Positions 12,024-41,343 of a stretch of 64,000 nt of DNA are shown in pieces (position 1 is the stretch's first letter; each line of letters opens with the position of its first letter). Origin of the DNA: Macrostomum lignano (lineage: Eukaryota); the NCBI GenBank assembly GCA_002269645.1, contig NIVC01002426.1:1-64000 (forward strand), read 5' to 3'. Position numbers and translations under genes: made by a program. The notes below the pieces were generated by a model that was not told the DNA's origin, ran no database searches, and worked only from the letters and a program-made list of their open reading frames with translations.

Positions 12024-15000
12024 GGCAATCAGCAGATCCGACGCTTCATCGCAAAATCCGTCAGTAATGTGCGCTTCAAATGCCCAAAACAGTAGGCTAA
12101 CTAAATCTTGGCAAGTATTTTGTATTGCACAACTATATACTACAGTTTATCCATAAAGATGCACATAAAAATTTGATCAGCTCACCTGAAGCGATAGCGC
12201 TGATAGTGAAGAACACAAAATTAGTGGGCACAACCACAGTGCTATCGCTGCCCTTCATTGCCAAGTTCAGGTAGCTAAAAAAGTGCAATTAGAATTTCAC
12301 TTTGGTCTTTATTTGTTTAAAGCGTCGGTGAAATCCCAGCTTTTCCAGTAGTCTCTAGTGGATTATATTCGAGTGTGAAAAATAGCAAACTCAGTTTAGT
12401 AAAACTTACTGAACCTGCAGGATGCATGTGGCCAGCATAATCACAGCCATGATGTACAGCACTGGGTGGCGATACTGCGGACTGCCGGCTATAGTCAGGT
12501 TCAGTAGGCCTGAGACAGCCTTCGCGCAAATCACCGTCATTGAGGCTGCAGTTGGGATTCGGGTGAATACACTGTGGAGATCAAATTTTCTCCTTTGTTA
12601 CATTATGTCAGTAACACGCTTCAGAAACACTAATTTCTGGGACAGGGGCGCCCACCTAAAAGAGACAGGGGCGCCTATCTTAAAGAGACAGGGGCGCCTA
12701 TCTTAAAGAGACAGGGGCGCCTATCTTAAAGAGACAGGGGCGCCCACTTAAGAGACAGGGGCGCCCACCTAAAAGAGACAGGGGCGCCCACCTAAGAGAG
12801 ACAGGGGCGCCTACCTAAGAGACAGGAGCGCCCACCTAAGAGACAGGGGCGCCCACTTAAGAGACAGGGGCGCCCACCTAAGAGACAGGGGCGCCCACCT
12901 AAGAGACAGGGGCGCCCACCTAAGAGACAGGGGCGCCCACCTAAGAGACAGGGGCGCCCACCTAAAAGAGACAGGGGCGCCCACCTAAGAGAGACAGGGG
13001 CGCCTACCTAAGAGACAGGAGCGCCCACCTAAGAGACAGGGGCGCCCACTTAAGAGACAGGGGCGCCCACCTAAGAGACAGGGGCGCCCACCTAAGAGAC
13101 AGGGGCGCCCACCTAAGAGACAGGGGCGCCCACTTAAGAGACAGGGGCGCCCACCTAAGAGACAGGGGCGCCCACCTAAGAGACAGGGGCGCCCACCTAA
13201 GAGACAGGGGCGCCCACCTAAGAGACAGGGGCGCCCACCTAAAAGAGACAGGGGCGCCCACCTAAGAGAGACAGGGGCGCCTACCTAAGAGACAGGAGCG
13301 CCCACCTAAGAGACAGGGGCGCCCACTTAAGAGACAGGGGCGCCCACCTAAGAGACAGGGGCGCCCACCTAAGAGACAGGGGCGCCCACCTAAGAGACTT
13401 TTCTCCTTTGTTACATTATGTCAGTAACACGCTTCAGAAACACTAATTTCTGGGACAGGGGCGCCCACCTAAAAGAGACAGGGGCGCCTATCTTAAAGAG
13501 ACAGGGGCGCCTATCTTAAAGAGACAGGGGCGCCTATCTTAAAGAGACAGGGGCGCCCACTTAAGAGACAGGGGCGCCCACCTAAGAGACAGGGGCGCCC
13601 ACCTAAGAGACAGGGGCGCCCACCTAAGAGACAGGGGCGCCCACCTAAGAGACAGGGGCGCCCACCTAAAAGAGACAGGGGCGCCCACCTAAGAGAGACA
13701 GGGGCGCCTACCTAAGAGACAGGAGCGCCCACCTAAGAGACAGGGGCGCCCACTTAAGAGACAGGGGCGCCCACCTAAGAGACAGGGGCGCCCACCTAAG
13801 AGACAGGGGCGCCCACCTAAGAGACAGGGGCGCCCACCTAAGAGACAGGGGCGCCCACCTAAAAGAGACAGGGGCGCCCACCTAAGAGACAGGAGCGCCC
13901 ACCTAAGAGACAGGGGCGCCCACTTAAGAGACAGGGGCGCCCACCTAAGAGACAGGGGCGCCCACCTAAGAGAGACAGGGGCGCCCACCTAAGAGACAGG
14001 GGCGCCCACCTAAGAGAGACAGGGGCGCCCACTTAAGAGACAGGAGCGCCCACCTAAGAGACAGGGGCGCCCACTTAAGAGACAGGGGCGCCCACCTAAG
14101 AGAGACAGGGGCGCCCACTTAAGAGACAGGAGCGCCCACCTAAGAGACAGGGGCGCCCACTTAAGAGACAGGGGCGCCCACCTAAGAGAGACAGGGGCGC
14201 CCACCTAAGAGACAGGGGCGCCCACCTAAGAGAGACAGGGGCGCCCACCTAAGAGACAGGGGCGCCAACCAAGAGACAGGAGCGCCAACTAAGAGACAGG
14301 GGCGCCTACCTGAGACAGGGGTGCTGGGGCATCAAAATAAGTATTAGGGGGTGCCACTCTATCCCTTGGACTGCTGTCCAAGAGCAAAAGGGGGCGCTTC
14401 ATAAGACCTAAATTTCACAACGCCTAAAGCACATGACTTCACATCACCTAAATTTCATAACGCCTAAATTTCACAACGCCTAAATTTCACAACGCCTAAA
14501 TTTCACATCGCCTAAAATCGAAAGCGCAGCCTCCTTCACATCGCCTAAATTTCACATCGCCTAAATTTCACATCGCCTAAATTTCACAACGCCTAAATTT
14601 CACAACGCCTAAATTTCACAACGCCTAAATTTCACAACGCCTAAATTTCACATCGCCTAAAATTTCTGCACGCTCCTTCACATCGCCTAAATTTCATATC
14701 GCCTAAATTTCACAACGCCTAAAATTTCTGCACGCTCCTTCACATCGCCTAAAATTCATATCGCCTAAATTTCACAACACCTAAAACTGAATGTGAAGGA
14801 GAAAAGCAAGACAGACAGAAATTTAGGCGTTGTGAAATTTACGCGATATGAAATTTAGGCGATGTGAAGGAGGCTGCACTTTTGATTTTAGGCGTTGTGA
14901 AATTTAGGCGTTGTGAAGTGTGGTGGTTTTAGGCGTTGTGAAATTTAGGTCTTATGAAAGCGTCCCGAGCAAAATGCCGCCTACAAAATCAGTCTATACG

Positions 15001-15658
15001 AGTAATTGCTGAATTTGAATTTCACCAACCAATAATGCTGGTAATAAGCAGCAGCACCAGCACATTGTCCCGTTTGAGAACGTACAACAGAAAGAACAGC
15101 ACCACCAGTGCAGAGGCTTCGATGGTCTGAAATTGAAATTAACATTCCCCAAAAGTAGTAAGATTGGCAAATTATAACAATAATTTATATTTTCTTCTGA
15201 AAAAATATAACTTTATGCATGTATGCAATTTACTTGCAGACTCACAATGTAAATGATGAAGCGAGCGCTGACCAGAGCCTGCACAACCTGCACAGCATTG
15301 AATACGTGCTCTTTCTGCCAATTGAGAAGGGAGAGGGTGAGCAGTGACTATAGTTGCAGAAGAGACGGGACTTGCAAGTGTGCATGGATTCTGCCCTCTG
15401 CCGCACAGAACAAGGGTGGAGACGCGCTCTGTGTGTACAAACAAAAGCGCGTGAGGACTGCAGCACGTGGAGCCTCTTAAAACCAACTCTGGAGACAGCA
15501 AAAGAAAGTTTTAAGGTGCTAAAAAACCTTTGAAAGAGAGACATGGGCGTTGAGACGAACACTGGAGATTGCGAACATGAAATACAAAAATAATGAAAAT
15601 AGCTACTGTTTATAAACGTATTAAATAGAGACAGGTAAATAAAGGGATTAGATTTATG

Positions 15659-15742
<84 letters not shown>

Positions 15743-15878
15743 TGTTTCGAACACTTGACCCAAGCTGAGTGAAAGTGAAACGCAGCCTAGCAAGATGATA
15801 GCTGCTCAGATTCCTACTGACTCCGCTGTATAAATCTGTAGTGACTGTCTGTTAAGGTCTGTCAGTACGAGTACTTCT

Positions 15879-15931
<53 letters not shown>

Positions 15932-16520
15932 CTCTCTCTCTCTCTCGGTAGTCTGTATTCCACACACATTCCTGTAGAAATATTTCACAAGTTAAGTCTG
16001 AGCCTTTCAGTATCGGCGAGAATCCAAAATCGAGCGAGTTGGCTACCTCGTACAAAGAGCGTGCAATTTTGCTGAGCTGTGTGATTAGCAACAGGTGATT
16101 AAAAATTTTCTCCGTTGGTAGTCGAACAGGGAGAAGGAAGAGACGGCGCCGCTTTTTTCCGGTCGAACGTTTTCATTTTCTCTGCTGACTGACTGCAGAG
16201 CTGGGCCTTGGGTGCGTGTCTTGGCGACAGCTGCTCTCCGCGCCCCCCTCTACCCTCGAGACAATTTTCTACTCTTAAAAATCGAGCAAAAATCGATATA
16301 CTAAAATTTGTAACAAAATAATTATATGTACACAATATTTTTCGCACGCAGAAACCATTATTTGGGTTCTTTCTACGCCACAGGCATTGGATACGAAAAT
16401 ACATTACGTAAGGAGTTCTGATAAAAAAGTAGAAAAAGCAGAAGGTTCCTGGTTCTATTTGCCAAGGTTGAAAGGCTTGGAAGAAAAATAAGCCCTAAGG
16501 CGGACGACTAACTAAATAAG

Positions 16521-16591
<71 letters not shown>

Positions 16592-16648
16592 TTAACTAAC
16601 TAACTAACTAATTAACTAACTAACTAATTAACTAACTAACTAACTAAT

Positions 16649-16707
<59 letters not shown>

Positions 16708-16732
16708 ATAACTAACTAACTGACAAACAAAC

Positions 16733-16777
<45 letters not shown>

Positions 16778-16869
16778 GACTAACTAACTGACTAACTAAC
16801 TAACTAACTATCTAACTAACTAAGAAACAAAAAACAAACAAACAAACTAACTAACTAACTAACTAACTG

Positions 16870-16934
<65 letters not shown>

Positions 16935-17063
16935 ATAACTAACTAAATAACTAACTAACAAACTAACAAACTAACAAACAAACTAACTAACTGGCCAACA
17001 AACAAACAAACAAACAAACTAACTAACTAACTGGCCAACAAACAAACAAACAAACAAACAAAC

Positions 17064-17094
<31 letters not shown>

Positions 17095-18245
17095 ATAACT
17101 AACTACTAACTAACTAAATAACTAACTAACCACTATAAAACTAAATAATTAACTAATTAAAATTACATTAGCGAGGATTTAAGGCCACCGGAAAAATTCT
17201 TACCCTTTTCGAGAAGCTGACAATCAAAAAAGCGCCAACCACTGCCAGGCCACTGCCAAACAGATCTTCCGGCCTCAGTTGCTCCCGGAGGAATATGACG
17301 GCAATAAACATGTTGGCTATGACTGTGGAGGTGCCCAGTGGCGCCACCACGGAGGCTGGCGCAAAGCCGTAGGCGGCGAAATTGCCAACCTCGCCAAGGA
17401 TCATCATGATGACTCCGATCCACCATAGTGGCCGTTTCAAATAATGCTTTCGATCTGCTTCCAGGAGCTTCTCGTCTTTGTTGTGCGTGTATTTCTGGGT
17501 ATAGTTAATCGGTATATAGGTTAGATACACTTTGTCTCTTTAAAGTTTATATTGTTAGTAGAAATAGTCCTGAACAAGCAAATATAATTGTACATTATTG
17601 CTTACCTGAATATTTAAGGAAATGCTGATCATCAAGTTGCCAATAATTGCTAGAAGACAGCCAATGAAAATTTCCTGTAAATTTTATTCATTAAAACTGA
17701 TATAAAATAAATTTTGAAAAGTAAACCTTACTAACTAAAATCACAATCTATTTAGATTGACAAATGTTGATTTTTAACTAGACAAAGGCTGATACTATAA
17801 ACAAAAGGTTGCAGGCCTAATCCACTATAGTTTACTTCTAAAATCAATTACTACTTACATCTTAGAAACAATTCAGTTATGAAATAAAAAACAATGATTA
17901 CTAACAAATTGCCAAAAATATATTTTGTTGCTTTTAATAATTTTATATCATATCGTTATAAGTTAAGTCTACATTAATTGCTAAGTATTAAAACTTTTAA
18001 TCGTAATCGTTCAAAAAGCCATAATTTATACGATTTAATTACTTTCCTTTCCTATAGCAATTTATATTATAGAATACAGATCAAAAATAGCAATTTGCGA
18101 CCTTCCAATCTTTGAACAAATTTCAAGATAAGTTTAACTTCTAAGCTTTAAGCTTTATTTTAAAGTTCAATTTAAAAAAAAACTTTACCTGAAATTCCTT
18201 TGCTCGAGGTAAATTCGAGCCTGACGATGTTACATTGGAGCCCAT
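8254..18245 (-). CDS. NIPAL2: NIPA-like (NIPAL2/3-type) magnesium transporter; exons 18245-18189, 17674-17606, 17494-17204, 15314-15246, 15126-15030, 12545-12410, 12274-12186, 11647-11584, 10595-10342, 8441-8254
   Basis: All ten exons have GT-AG boundaries with compatible phases. NIPA motifs include IGCLLAIIGNLMISISLNIQ|KYTH, WWIGVIMMILGEVGNFAAYGFAPASVVAPLG, SMTVICAKAVSG, YLNLAMKGSDSTVVVPTNFVFFTISAIASG|IVFFNEF and LLSFIGVYFIT. NIPAL2 versus NIPAL3 orthology cannot be resolved by eye. Confidence 0.9.
9061..10240. repeat. Minisatellite, 21/23-bp unit GTGTCTATCTTAGTCTAACAG (NIPAL last intron)
   Basis: Roughly 50 near-identical tandem units visible. Confidence 0.95.
10635..11430. repeat. Minisatellite, ~21-22-bp unit with two sub-variants (GGGTCAGTTTTACTTATAGGT / GGGGTCATTTTTATATATGA)
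   Basis: Direct tandem units with locally homogenised blocks. Confidence 0.9.
11830..12022. repeat. (GACA)n microsatellite
   Basis: Direct observation. Confidence 0.95.
12641..14320. repeat. Minisatellite, 20-22-bp unit AAGAGACAGGGGCGCCCACCT, with an internal copy of 55 bp of flank at 13399
   Basis: Direct tandem units. 12586-12640 is repeated at 13399-13453. Confidence 0.95.
14390..14966. mobile_element. Foldback-type MITE: ~38-bp TIRs, arms of 19-20-bp tandem subrepeats (CGCCTAAATTTCACAA), 8-bp TSD GAGCAAAA
   Basis: Left GGGGGCGCTTCATAAGACCTAAATTTCACAACGCCTAAA is the near reverse complement of the right end. GAGCAAAA lies at 14382-14389 and 14967-14974. Confidence 0.85.
15659..15741. repeat. 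(GACA)n microsatellite
   Basis: Direct observation. Confidence 0.95.
15881..15947. repeat. (CT)n microsatellite
   Basis: Direct observation. Confidence 0.95.
16507..17160. repeat. (AACT)n/(AAAC)n compound microsatellite
   Basis: Direct observation. Confidence 0.95.
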
Positions 18246-20119
18246 AGGGGTGGTATCCGGATAGGGAGCTTTTGTTGGGCTCGCCATAATACTAGTATTG
18301 TTTTAGAACCGTAAAAGTGTTAAAAAAAGATGGGGAAAATTCTATGCGTAATCTCACAGCCGGGCACTTTCTTTGATTTTAATTTAAAATCATTATTGAA
18401 AACTGAAACGAGTTTAGTAGAGTACCAGGATTTCAGGGATTATAAGGAATATATAATTTTTTGCGAGAAAATATCGACTTAAGAGGTAATGTTTGAACGG
18501 CTGCTAACAGTGGCGTCCTTGTCTGAATTGTAAACGTGTTTTTATATTGCTGGTATAATTTAAATAAGAGTTTGTTTAGTCACAGATGTTCTTTTGTTAC
18601 ACCTTAATTATTTTCAAAAGCTAGGTCTTTAAAGTTTTGTTAAAATTAATGTTTTGCCGAGTTTGTTTCCATAAACATTGTTTTGTTGATATTGTAGTTT
18701 CGTAATTAAGATTTCGTATTAGGGAGACAGACAGATCTCATAAGTGAAAATGAATAATTGAAAAAACTCAAAAACATGATTCTGTTAAAATATTATACCT
18801 TAACTACAAAAATTCTTCGAAATGGGTAATTAAGTTCGCCTTGGCAAAACGAGCTAATCGAAAGAAAGGAAGCTTTTTTCAGCAACTTTTGAAAACCTGA
18901 ACTATCAAACGATTATAAATAAAATACTGTATTCTTTCGCTTTTAGGTCTCTATAATTTAATTTAATAAAATGGATTTATTAGTTCAGGTTGTAGCTATT
19001 ATTAGCCCACGTCGAATAGGCAGGATTAAGATGATGAATGAGTCTAGAAACTGGATTTAGCCACATGTAATTCTATTCCTTGTTTCTCTGAATTTTCCAA
19101 GGTGAATTCGACAAGTTTGTATGCAGAAACAGCTGTCTCTACTAGATTCCTTCACTTCATCTCCTGCTTGCTCATTGCAATTACAACTACTAAAATACGC
19201 CCTGCTTGTTGTAATTAAAACGTTATACGATGTTTTCTGTATCTTGGAAACACGAAATTTTCAGGCGATAATTGGCTGAAAACTGATTAACTGCATGTAG
19301 ATTGTAGCTACTGTTGTCTATATGCAGACGAATGCGCTATTATTGAGCATTGGCCCGTGTGAAACAGCATCTCTAGATCTTTTAACAATACTGTAATTGT
19401 AGAGAAAATAAGGACGTGAGATGCCGGTGCAATAATTGACAAAGGGGAAGAGTAGCAAGGGCCGGAAATGTTGCGAACTGAGGAAGCTACTGTCCTGCCT
19501 GTCTCTGATGATGAAATGCGCCGCAGGCGTGAGATCTCGGGGCTGAATTATATAAAGACCGAATATGGAGGTGCAGAGGGAGAATTTTTGCCAAAAAATT
19601 GTCGATCTTTTCCTTCGCGCCACCCAACAACCGGACCCAGTCTCAACAGGTATACAGTAATTAGGCTGGCCGGCTGGTTCCTTTCTGCGAGTCTGTTATT
19701 AAAAAATAGCATATACCTGATCATGAGCATTAACACTGAGACTGTGCTAGATTACTAGGCCACTACATCCGCAGCTAAATAATACTGAACGTGCTCATAT
19801 CAGAGCTACTCGTACAGATAATCTATGGGAATTCTGCGCTCGTAAAAAACGATAGTGATTCTTTCATATTTTCTCAGATGCAGCTCTAATGTTGTTACCA
19901 CCGCTGCCATTTGACAGGACTTGGGGCTAAATATTCAGGCTGCTAAAAATCTTCCAAACTGTTCCCATTTCCGTGTGTACAACACGCAAGCTAGGAAGTG
20001 TTTGCCTTGATTAGTAAGCCTCTTGCATTCTTTTCAAATTCTTTTCCACGCGGTTACAATCCTCCAAATTCATCCTCAAGGCTTCTCCTCACTCCAACTC
20101 TTGATCCCTTTTTAATACC

Positions 20120-21125
20120 TCTCTCTCTCTCCCAGTCCCTCTCTCCTATTATCTATTACCTCATCTCTCTCCCTCTCTCCTATATCTCCTCTATCACTCT
20201 TTCTTATATCTCCTTCCTCTCCTCTCTCGTCGCCATCCCTGTCTCTCTCCCTCTCTCCCTCTTTCTCCTTTCTTCTCTCCCTCTTAGCTGCAGGGCAGTC
20301 CGAAGACACAGCGGGGAGGCGAGAGTCGCCCATTCCACTATCTCTCTCCCTCACTCTGCTCTCTCTCCCTTCTTCCTATCTTTATGCTGGAGAACATCTG
20401 GCTAAAAAAAAATATTTGCGTTCATAGTAGCCTCTGGGCAAGAATATAAAACATTCAAAATATCGGCACTTACTTTGCTTAAACATCTGCGGTACCGCGC
20501 CAGTGCTTATGGGTTTGAGGACTTTTTCCGGACTCTCTCCCCTCTCTCCCTCTCTCCCTCTCTCCCTCTCTCCATCTCTCCCTCTCTCCCTCTCTCCCTC
20601 TCTCCTCTCCTCCTCTTTCCCTCTCTCCCTCTCTCCCTCTCTCCCTCTCTCCATCTCTCCATCTCTCCCTCTCTCCCTCTCTCCCTCTCTCCATCTCTCC
20701 CTCTCTCCCTCTCTCCCTCTCTCCCTCTCTCCCTCTCTCCCTCTCTCCCTCTCTCCCTCTCTCCCTCTCTCCCTCTCTCCATCTCTCCATCTCTCCCTCT
20801 CTCCCTCTCTCCCTCTCTCCATCTCTCCCTCTCTCCCTCTCTCCCTCTCTCCCTCTCTCCTCTCTCACTCTCTCCCTCTCTCCCTCTCTCCCTCTCTCAC
20901 TCTCTCCCTCTCCTCCTCTTTCCCTCCCTCCCTCTCTCCCTCTCTCCCTCTCTCCCTCTCTCACTCTCTCCCTCTCCTCCTCTTTCCCTCTCTCCCTCTC
21001 TCCCTCTCTCCCTCTCTCCCTCTCTCACTCTCTCCCTCTCTTCCTCTTTCCCTCTCTCCCTCTCTCCCTCTCTCCCTCTCTCCATCTCTCACTCTCTCCC
21101 TCTCTCCTTCTCTTTTTCTTTCCTC
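20120..21125. repeat. Polypyrimidine/polypurine low-complexity tract, core 8-bp unit CTCTCTCC
   Basis: Direct observation. It explains the SLSP/ERGREG ORFs. Confidence 0.95.
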
Positions 21126-22240
21126 CCCTTTTCCACTCTTCTCCATGGTCTATTTCTAACTTTCTCATTTTCCATCTTCTTACCATCACTTAATGTTCTG
21201 TCTAAGTCCATCTGGACTCGAATTGTCAGGCACAATGCTCGCAGGATCCATCCTAGCTAGCCTGACAAAAGTCAATTTTTCGAGTCGACGGATAGGTGTG
21301 AGTGGCCAAAAAAGTAGCAAGCATGAGTGAGAAATGCTCACCGGTAGATGATCTCAATTTCTCACGTGATCGACTCTTGCCTTCTTACTCGAGATCCCAT
21401 AAGTCTCTTTGTTGATCGAATCCCCTAGCAACAAGCCGCCATCTGTCCGTCTGTTCCACTTGCGTTACAAAGTTCTCAAGGTAACAGCAGGTAAATCGTA
21501 CAAGTGCAAATAAACACTAGCCAGCAATATATTTGCCAAATGTACTTTTCAAAAACTCAGTTTTTCTAGTCTAACTGAAATTTAGTACATATTAAGCTTA
21601 AAATATTAGGCTATCAGTATTCGATTTTAAATCCTATTTGACTTCCATTCGGCGCTTTTTGAACTAAATTTGGCGTTTTTTTTATTTACTTGTAATTTGG
21701 CGCCTTTTTAAATACAAGTTGGCGCCTTTTGAGTTAAGCTTTGGCCAAATCTAATTAGTAGGCCTTTCTGAAAGAGAACTTTTTCTAAGATTTTCATTTT
21801 ACGTTAAAGTCTCCCCTTGACAACTGCACAGAAGTACAAAATCCGCAGTCCAGTCTGGCTTGTGGCTAAATATACTTTGATTAAAAATTTAACCATGGCA
21901 CCTCACAAGGTGAAGCGAGGGAATGGGAAAAAAGTATTTAGAAACCCAACTATAACCTTGAGTTGGCTCATTGCCAGTAAGTGTAGCCATGCCAGGCAGG
22001 CAGTTGTATGCAGGCCCCATGACATATTTAATAGTTAATACATTGTCATTTTTGCGCTAAAAATGTTACCGTTTTTGGAGTTATAGTGGTCCCCATACAG
22101 TTTCTTCAAAGAATTGTTGTTTTGCACACGTATTTTCATGGTGATAATTCGGGTGAATTAATCCTGTTTGTACAAGCTGGAAAAATGGTCATAAACTTTT
22201 TTTGGTTGTCAAGGTCCAATCAGTTTGATAGAATTAGCTT

Positions 22241-22776
22241 GGGTACCTCTCATTTCGCCGATTCTCGTTTCGCCGATTCTCGTTTCGCCGAATCTCATTT
22301 CGCCGATTCTCGGTTCGCCGACATTCTCATTTCGCCGATTCTCATTTCGCCGATTCTCGGTTCGCCGAAATTAGTTTCATAACCATCTGGACATTAGACC
22401 ATAGACAACTACACTAATGCAAGTGTGATTTAGATGTCTATGGCTTGAAAAATAAAGTATTAAACTACTTTTAATTTAATACTTTTAATATGCTTTTAAT
22501 ATACTTATAATATACTTTTAATATTTAATAAAAAAATAACACTTTATTTTTTAAGCCATAGACATCTAAATCACACTTGCATTAGTGTAGTTGTCTATGG
22601 TCTAATGTCCAGATGTTTTATGAAACTAATTTCGGCGAACCGAGAATCAGCGAAATGAGAATGTCGGCGAAATGAGAATCGGCGAAATGAGAATGTCGGC
22701 GAACCGAGAATCGGCGAAATGAGATTCGGCGAAACGAGAATCGGCGAAACGAGAATCGGCGAAATGAGAGGTACCC
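22241..22776. mobile_element. Mutator/Foldback-like MITE: near-perfect 536-bp palindrome with ~240-bp arms, GGG termini, 9-bp TSD AATTAGCTT
   Basis: GGGTACCTCTCATTTCGCCG... at the left end and ...CGGCGAAATGAGAGGTACCC at the right. AATTAGCTT lies at 22232-22240 and 22777-22785. A 9-bp TSD with long G-terminated TIRs is typical of Mutator-like elements. Confidence 0.9.
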
Positions 22777-23473
22777 AATTAGCTTGCGTGTTCAACGAGC
22801 TCAGAACGCCCAACAATCCATTTTTTGGCTTCCCAACGGCTTAAATCCGGAACAATAACGCAGTAAAACAAAATTCACCGCACGCAATAAGATTTGATAA
22901 TCTATCAAGATTTGAATGAAAATTCCAATAGCCAAATGAACCAGAAATTATTTGAATTTTTTTTTCATTTTTTAAACGGTCCTAAGGGATGCGCAGGAAA
23001 AATTGTCAAATTTCTATTTGTATTTGTTTTGATTTACTTTTCTCAATTAGTCGAGGTAGTGCAGTTACGAGTATGGTATATTTTAGTACGCCAAATATAC
23101 ATTACTGTACTAGGAGACACAGCAAAACATGTGAAAAATAATTTAAGATATATAACAAAAATATTTGCAACTGTGTTTCTATAATTACAAATTGTTTACA
23201 ATTTGAAAACAAAATAATAAAAACGCAACTTGATCAGCAGATCGACAATTTTTTAAAGATTTGCGCGTCTTCGATTTCTCTACTACTAATGACAGGGAAT
23301 GAATGGATGCACAAGTTCACATGTTCTGCCTTGTCTGAATGATAAACAGAAACTAACTAGCTGTATTATGGACCAAAGTTGCAGAACCTAAATTAGGGAG
23401 AGATCAAAACAGGACAAGAAAGGATTGTTTATGTGAGAACGAAATCAATAATGTTGAAATTAGTTGGAGGTAC

Positions 23474-23945
23474 ACTGAGAGAGAATGAGATTAATGATGA
23501 GATTAGTGAGAGGTAGACTGAGAGAGAGAATGAGATTAATGATGAGATTAGTGAGAGGTAGACTGAGAGAGAGAGAATGAGATTAAGGATGGCATTAGTG
23601 GGAGGTAGACTGAGAGAGAGAATGAGATTAAGGATGGCATTAGTGGGAGGTAGACTGAGAGAGAGAATGAGATTAAGGATGGCATTAGTGGGAGGTAGAC
23701 TGAGAGAGAGAATGAGATTAATGATGAGATTAGTGAGAGGTAGACTGACAAAGAGATTGAGATTGGGGGTGAGATTAGTGAGAGGTAGACTGAGAGAGAG
23801 AGAATAAGATTAAGGATGGCATTACTGAGAGGTAGACTGAGAGAGAGAATGAGATTAATGATGAGATTAGTGAGAGGTAGACTGACAAAGAGATTGAGAT
23901 TAAGGAGGAGATTAGTGAGAGGTAGACTGATAGAGATTAAGGATG
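23474..23945. repeat. GA-rich minisatellite, ~42-45-bp unit
   Basis: GAGATTA...GATTAGTG(A/G)GAGGTAGACTGAGAGAGAGAAT repeated about 10 times. Confidence 0.9.
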
Positions 23946-24703
23946 AGATTTAAAAGAGAAAGAAGTCGAACAATAGATGAATGAGCTATTCAGATAAGTT
24001 CTCAAAGAAATTTTCAGAGAAGGTGCAGAACAAAAGTGAAACAAAAAATCAAAGGAACTTATATTGAATAAAAATTTGATGCACTCAAAATTAGTTTACG
24101 ACTGTAATTGAAGAAAATAGATCAACATACAGGGGAAGTACCGTCCGATCGTCTATTTATTTAACTTAATAAGAGTTTCTATGCATTCATCGGTGCCAAA
24201 GTTTGCACTGTACAAAATGCTGAGCTTTTGGTAAGCCAATAATCGTACTTCAGTCCTGCTTCCATCAGCCACTGTGTTGGGGCCGATCCATTCAAGTGCT
24301 GCAAATAGTTTTTTTTTAAAAGTCGTTTTTTAAAAAGCTAAAAAATGTTTCTATCAGATACTTTTTGAGTGTGAATGCACATGTCAAGGACGTGTTAAGT
24401 AGAAGGATGCAGAACAACTGCGCTTCTTACCAAATGGCTTACATTTAAAAGCCAGCCTTCAAAAAACTTCCAAGAATCTACATCATCACACTTTCGTCGA
24501 AATATCTTTCATGTATGTTCTATAAATTTCTATGAATCTATAAATTTTCCAAGAAAGCTTTTACGAGCATTTTTCCTAGAACATTCCCTGCCTGCGTAGG
24601 ATTTAAATTTCTAGTCTTAGTTTGTAATACTGGCTGCTTTTAAATCAGTTTTCTAAAAGTTATAAAATTGGTAGTAGGCTAGGAAACCCGCCAAGCAAAG
24701 TGC

Positions 24704-24882
24704 CTGTCTGTCCCTGACTTCCTGTCTGTCCCTGACTTCCTGTCTGTCCCTGACTTCCTGTCTGTCCCTGATTTCCTGTCTGCCCCTGATTTCCTGTTTG
24801 TCCCTGACTTCCTGTCTGTCCCTGACTTCCTGTCTGTCCCTGACTTCCTGTCTGTCCCTGACTTCCTGTCTGTCCCTGACTA
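24704..24882. repeat. Minisatellite, 18-bp unit CCTGTCTGTCCCTGACTT
   Basis: About 10 tandem units. Confidence 0.95.
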
Positions 24883-25656
24883 AATCATTATGTCTATGAT
24901 TGAAATGTGGGGGCTTCGCCCCCACACCTTCATGCCCATATTCATCAATGCAGCTCATGCGCTCGTATAACTCAGCCACATTGTATATGGTACAATTACA
25001 GTATTACCCAGGCTTTAAGGGCGATAATGGGAATGCCAGAGGGCGCCGAAGGATACTATTACTGTTATTGGGCCATAGACATTTTGGCCTCGTCAATGCT
25101 GCGAGAGAAAGAATGAATTAAAGAGCGGGAAGTGGGTGTTCGTGGGTGGAAGCGCTAGCGCACGAGTGCACGATGTCCTTCACGCACGAGTGAACGTGAA
25201 GGAATTCCATTGTCGGATGATTCATAGTGCAGGAATGCACAAAACCGTGCAGGAATGCATTTCTGCGCCTAATGCTTTTTCAGAGAGATTTTACCATAGA
25301 CATCCATTCCTGCACGCAAAAGAGTGCAAGAATGCCATTCTTGCATGGAAAATCAGCCGACAATGGAGAGACAGAGTGCAATAATGTCTCAGACCACGAG
25401 TGTCTATAGCATTATTGCAAGATCAAGTCGTGCATCAATCACATTGCCGACTGATACTGTATAGCCAACTGTGGAGAAGATTTCAAATTTACCATAGACA
25501 AAGATAGACTAGCGAGCATTTTGCATCGAAAGCTGCTTTATCTATTGTGGGGCAGTGCACGCAATGAACCCAATGTGGGTTGTTGTTCTCATGGATGCGA
25601 ATTGAACCTTCGAAGGAAGGCTGGTTGCATCTGACCGACTTAGTGCATCACCCGGC

Positions 25657-41343
<15,687 letters not shown>

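Noticed and set aside
19468-19920. Possible small plus-strand gene (MLRTEEATVLPVSDDEMRRRREISG...)
   Set aside because: No recognisable homology and only a weak donor (GTATAC). Unresolved rather than disproved.
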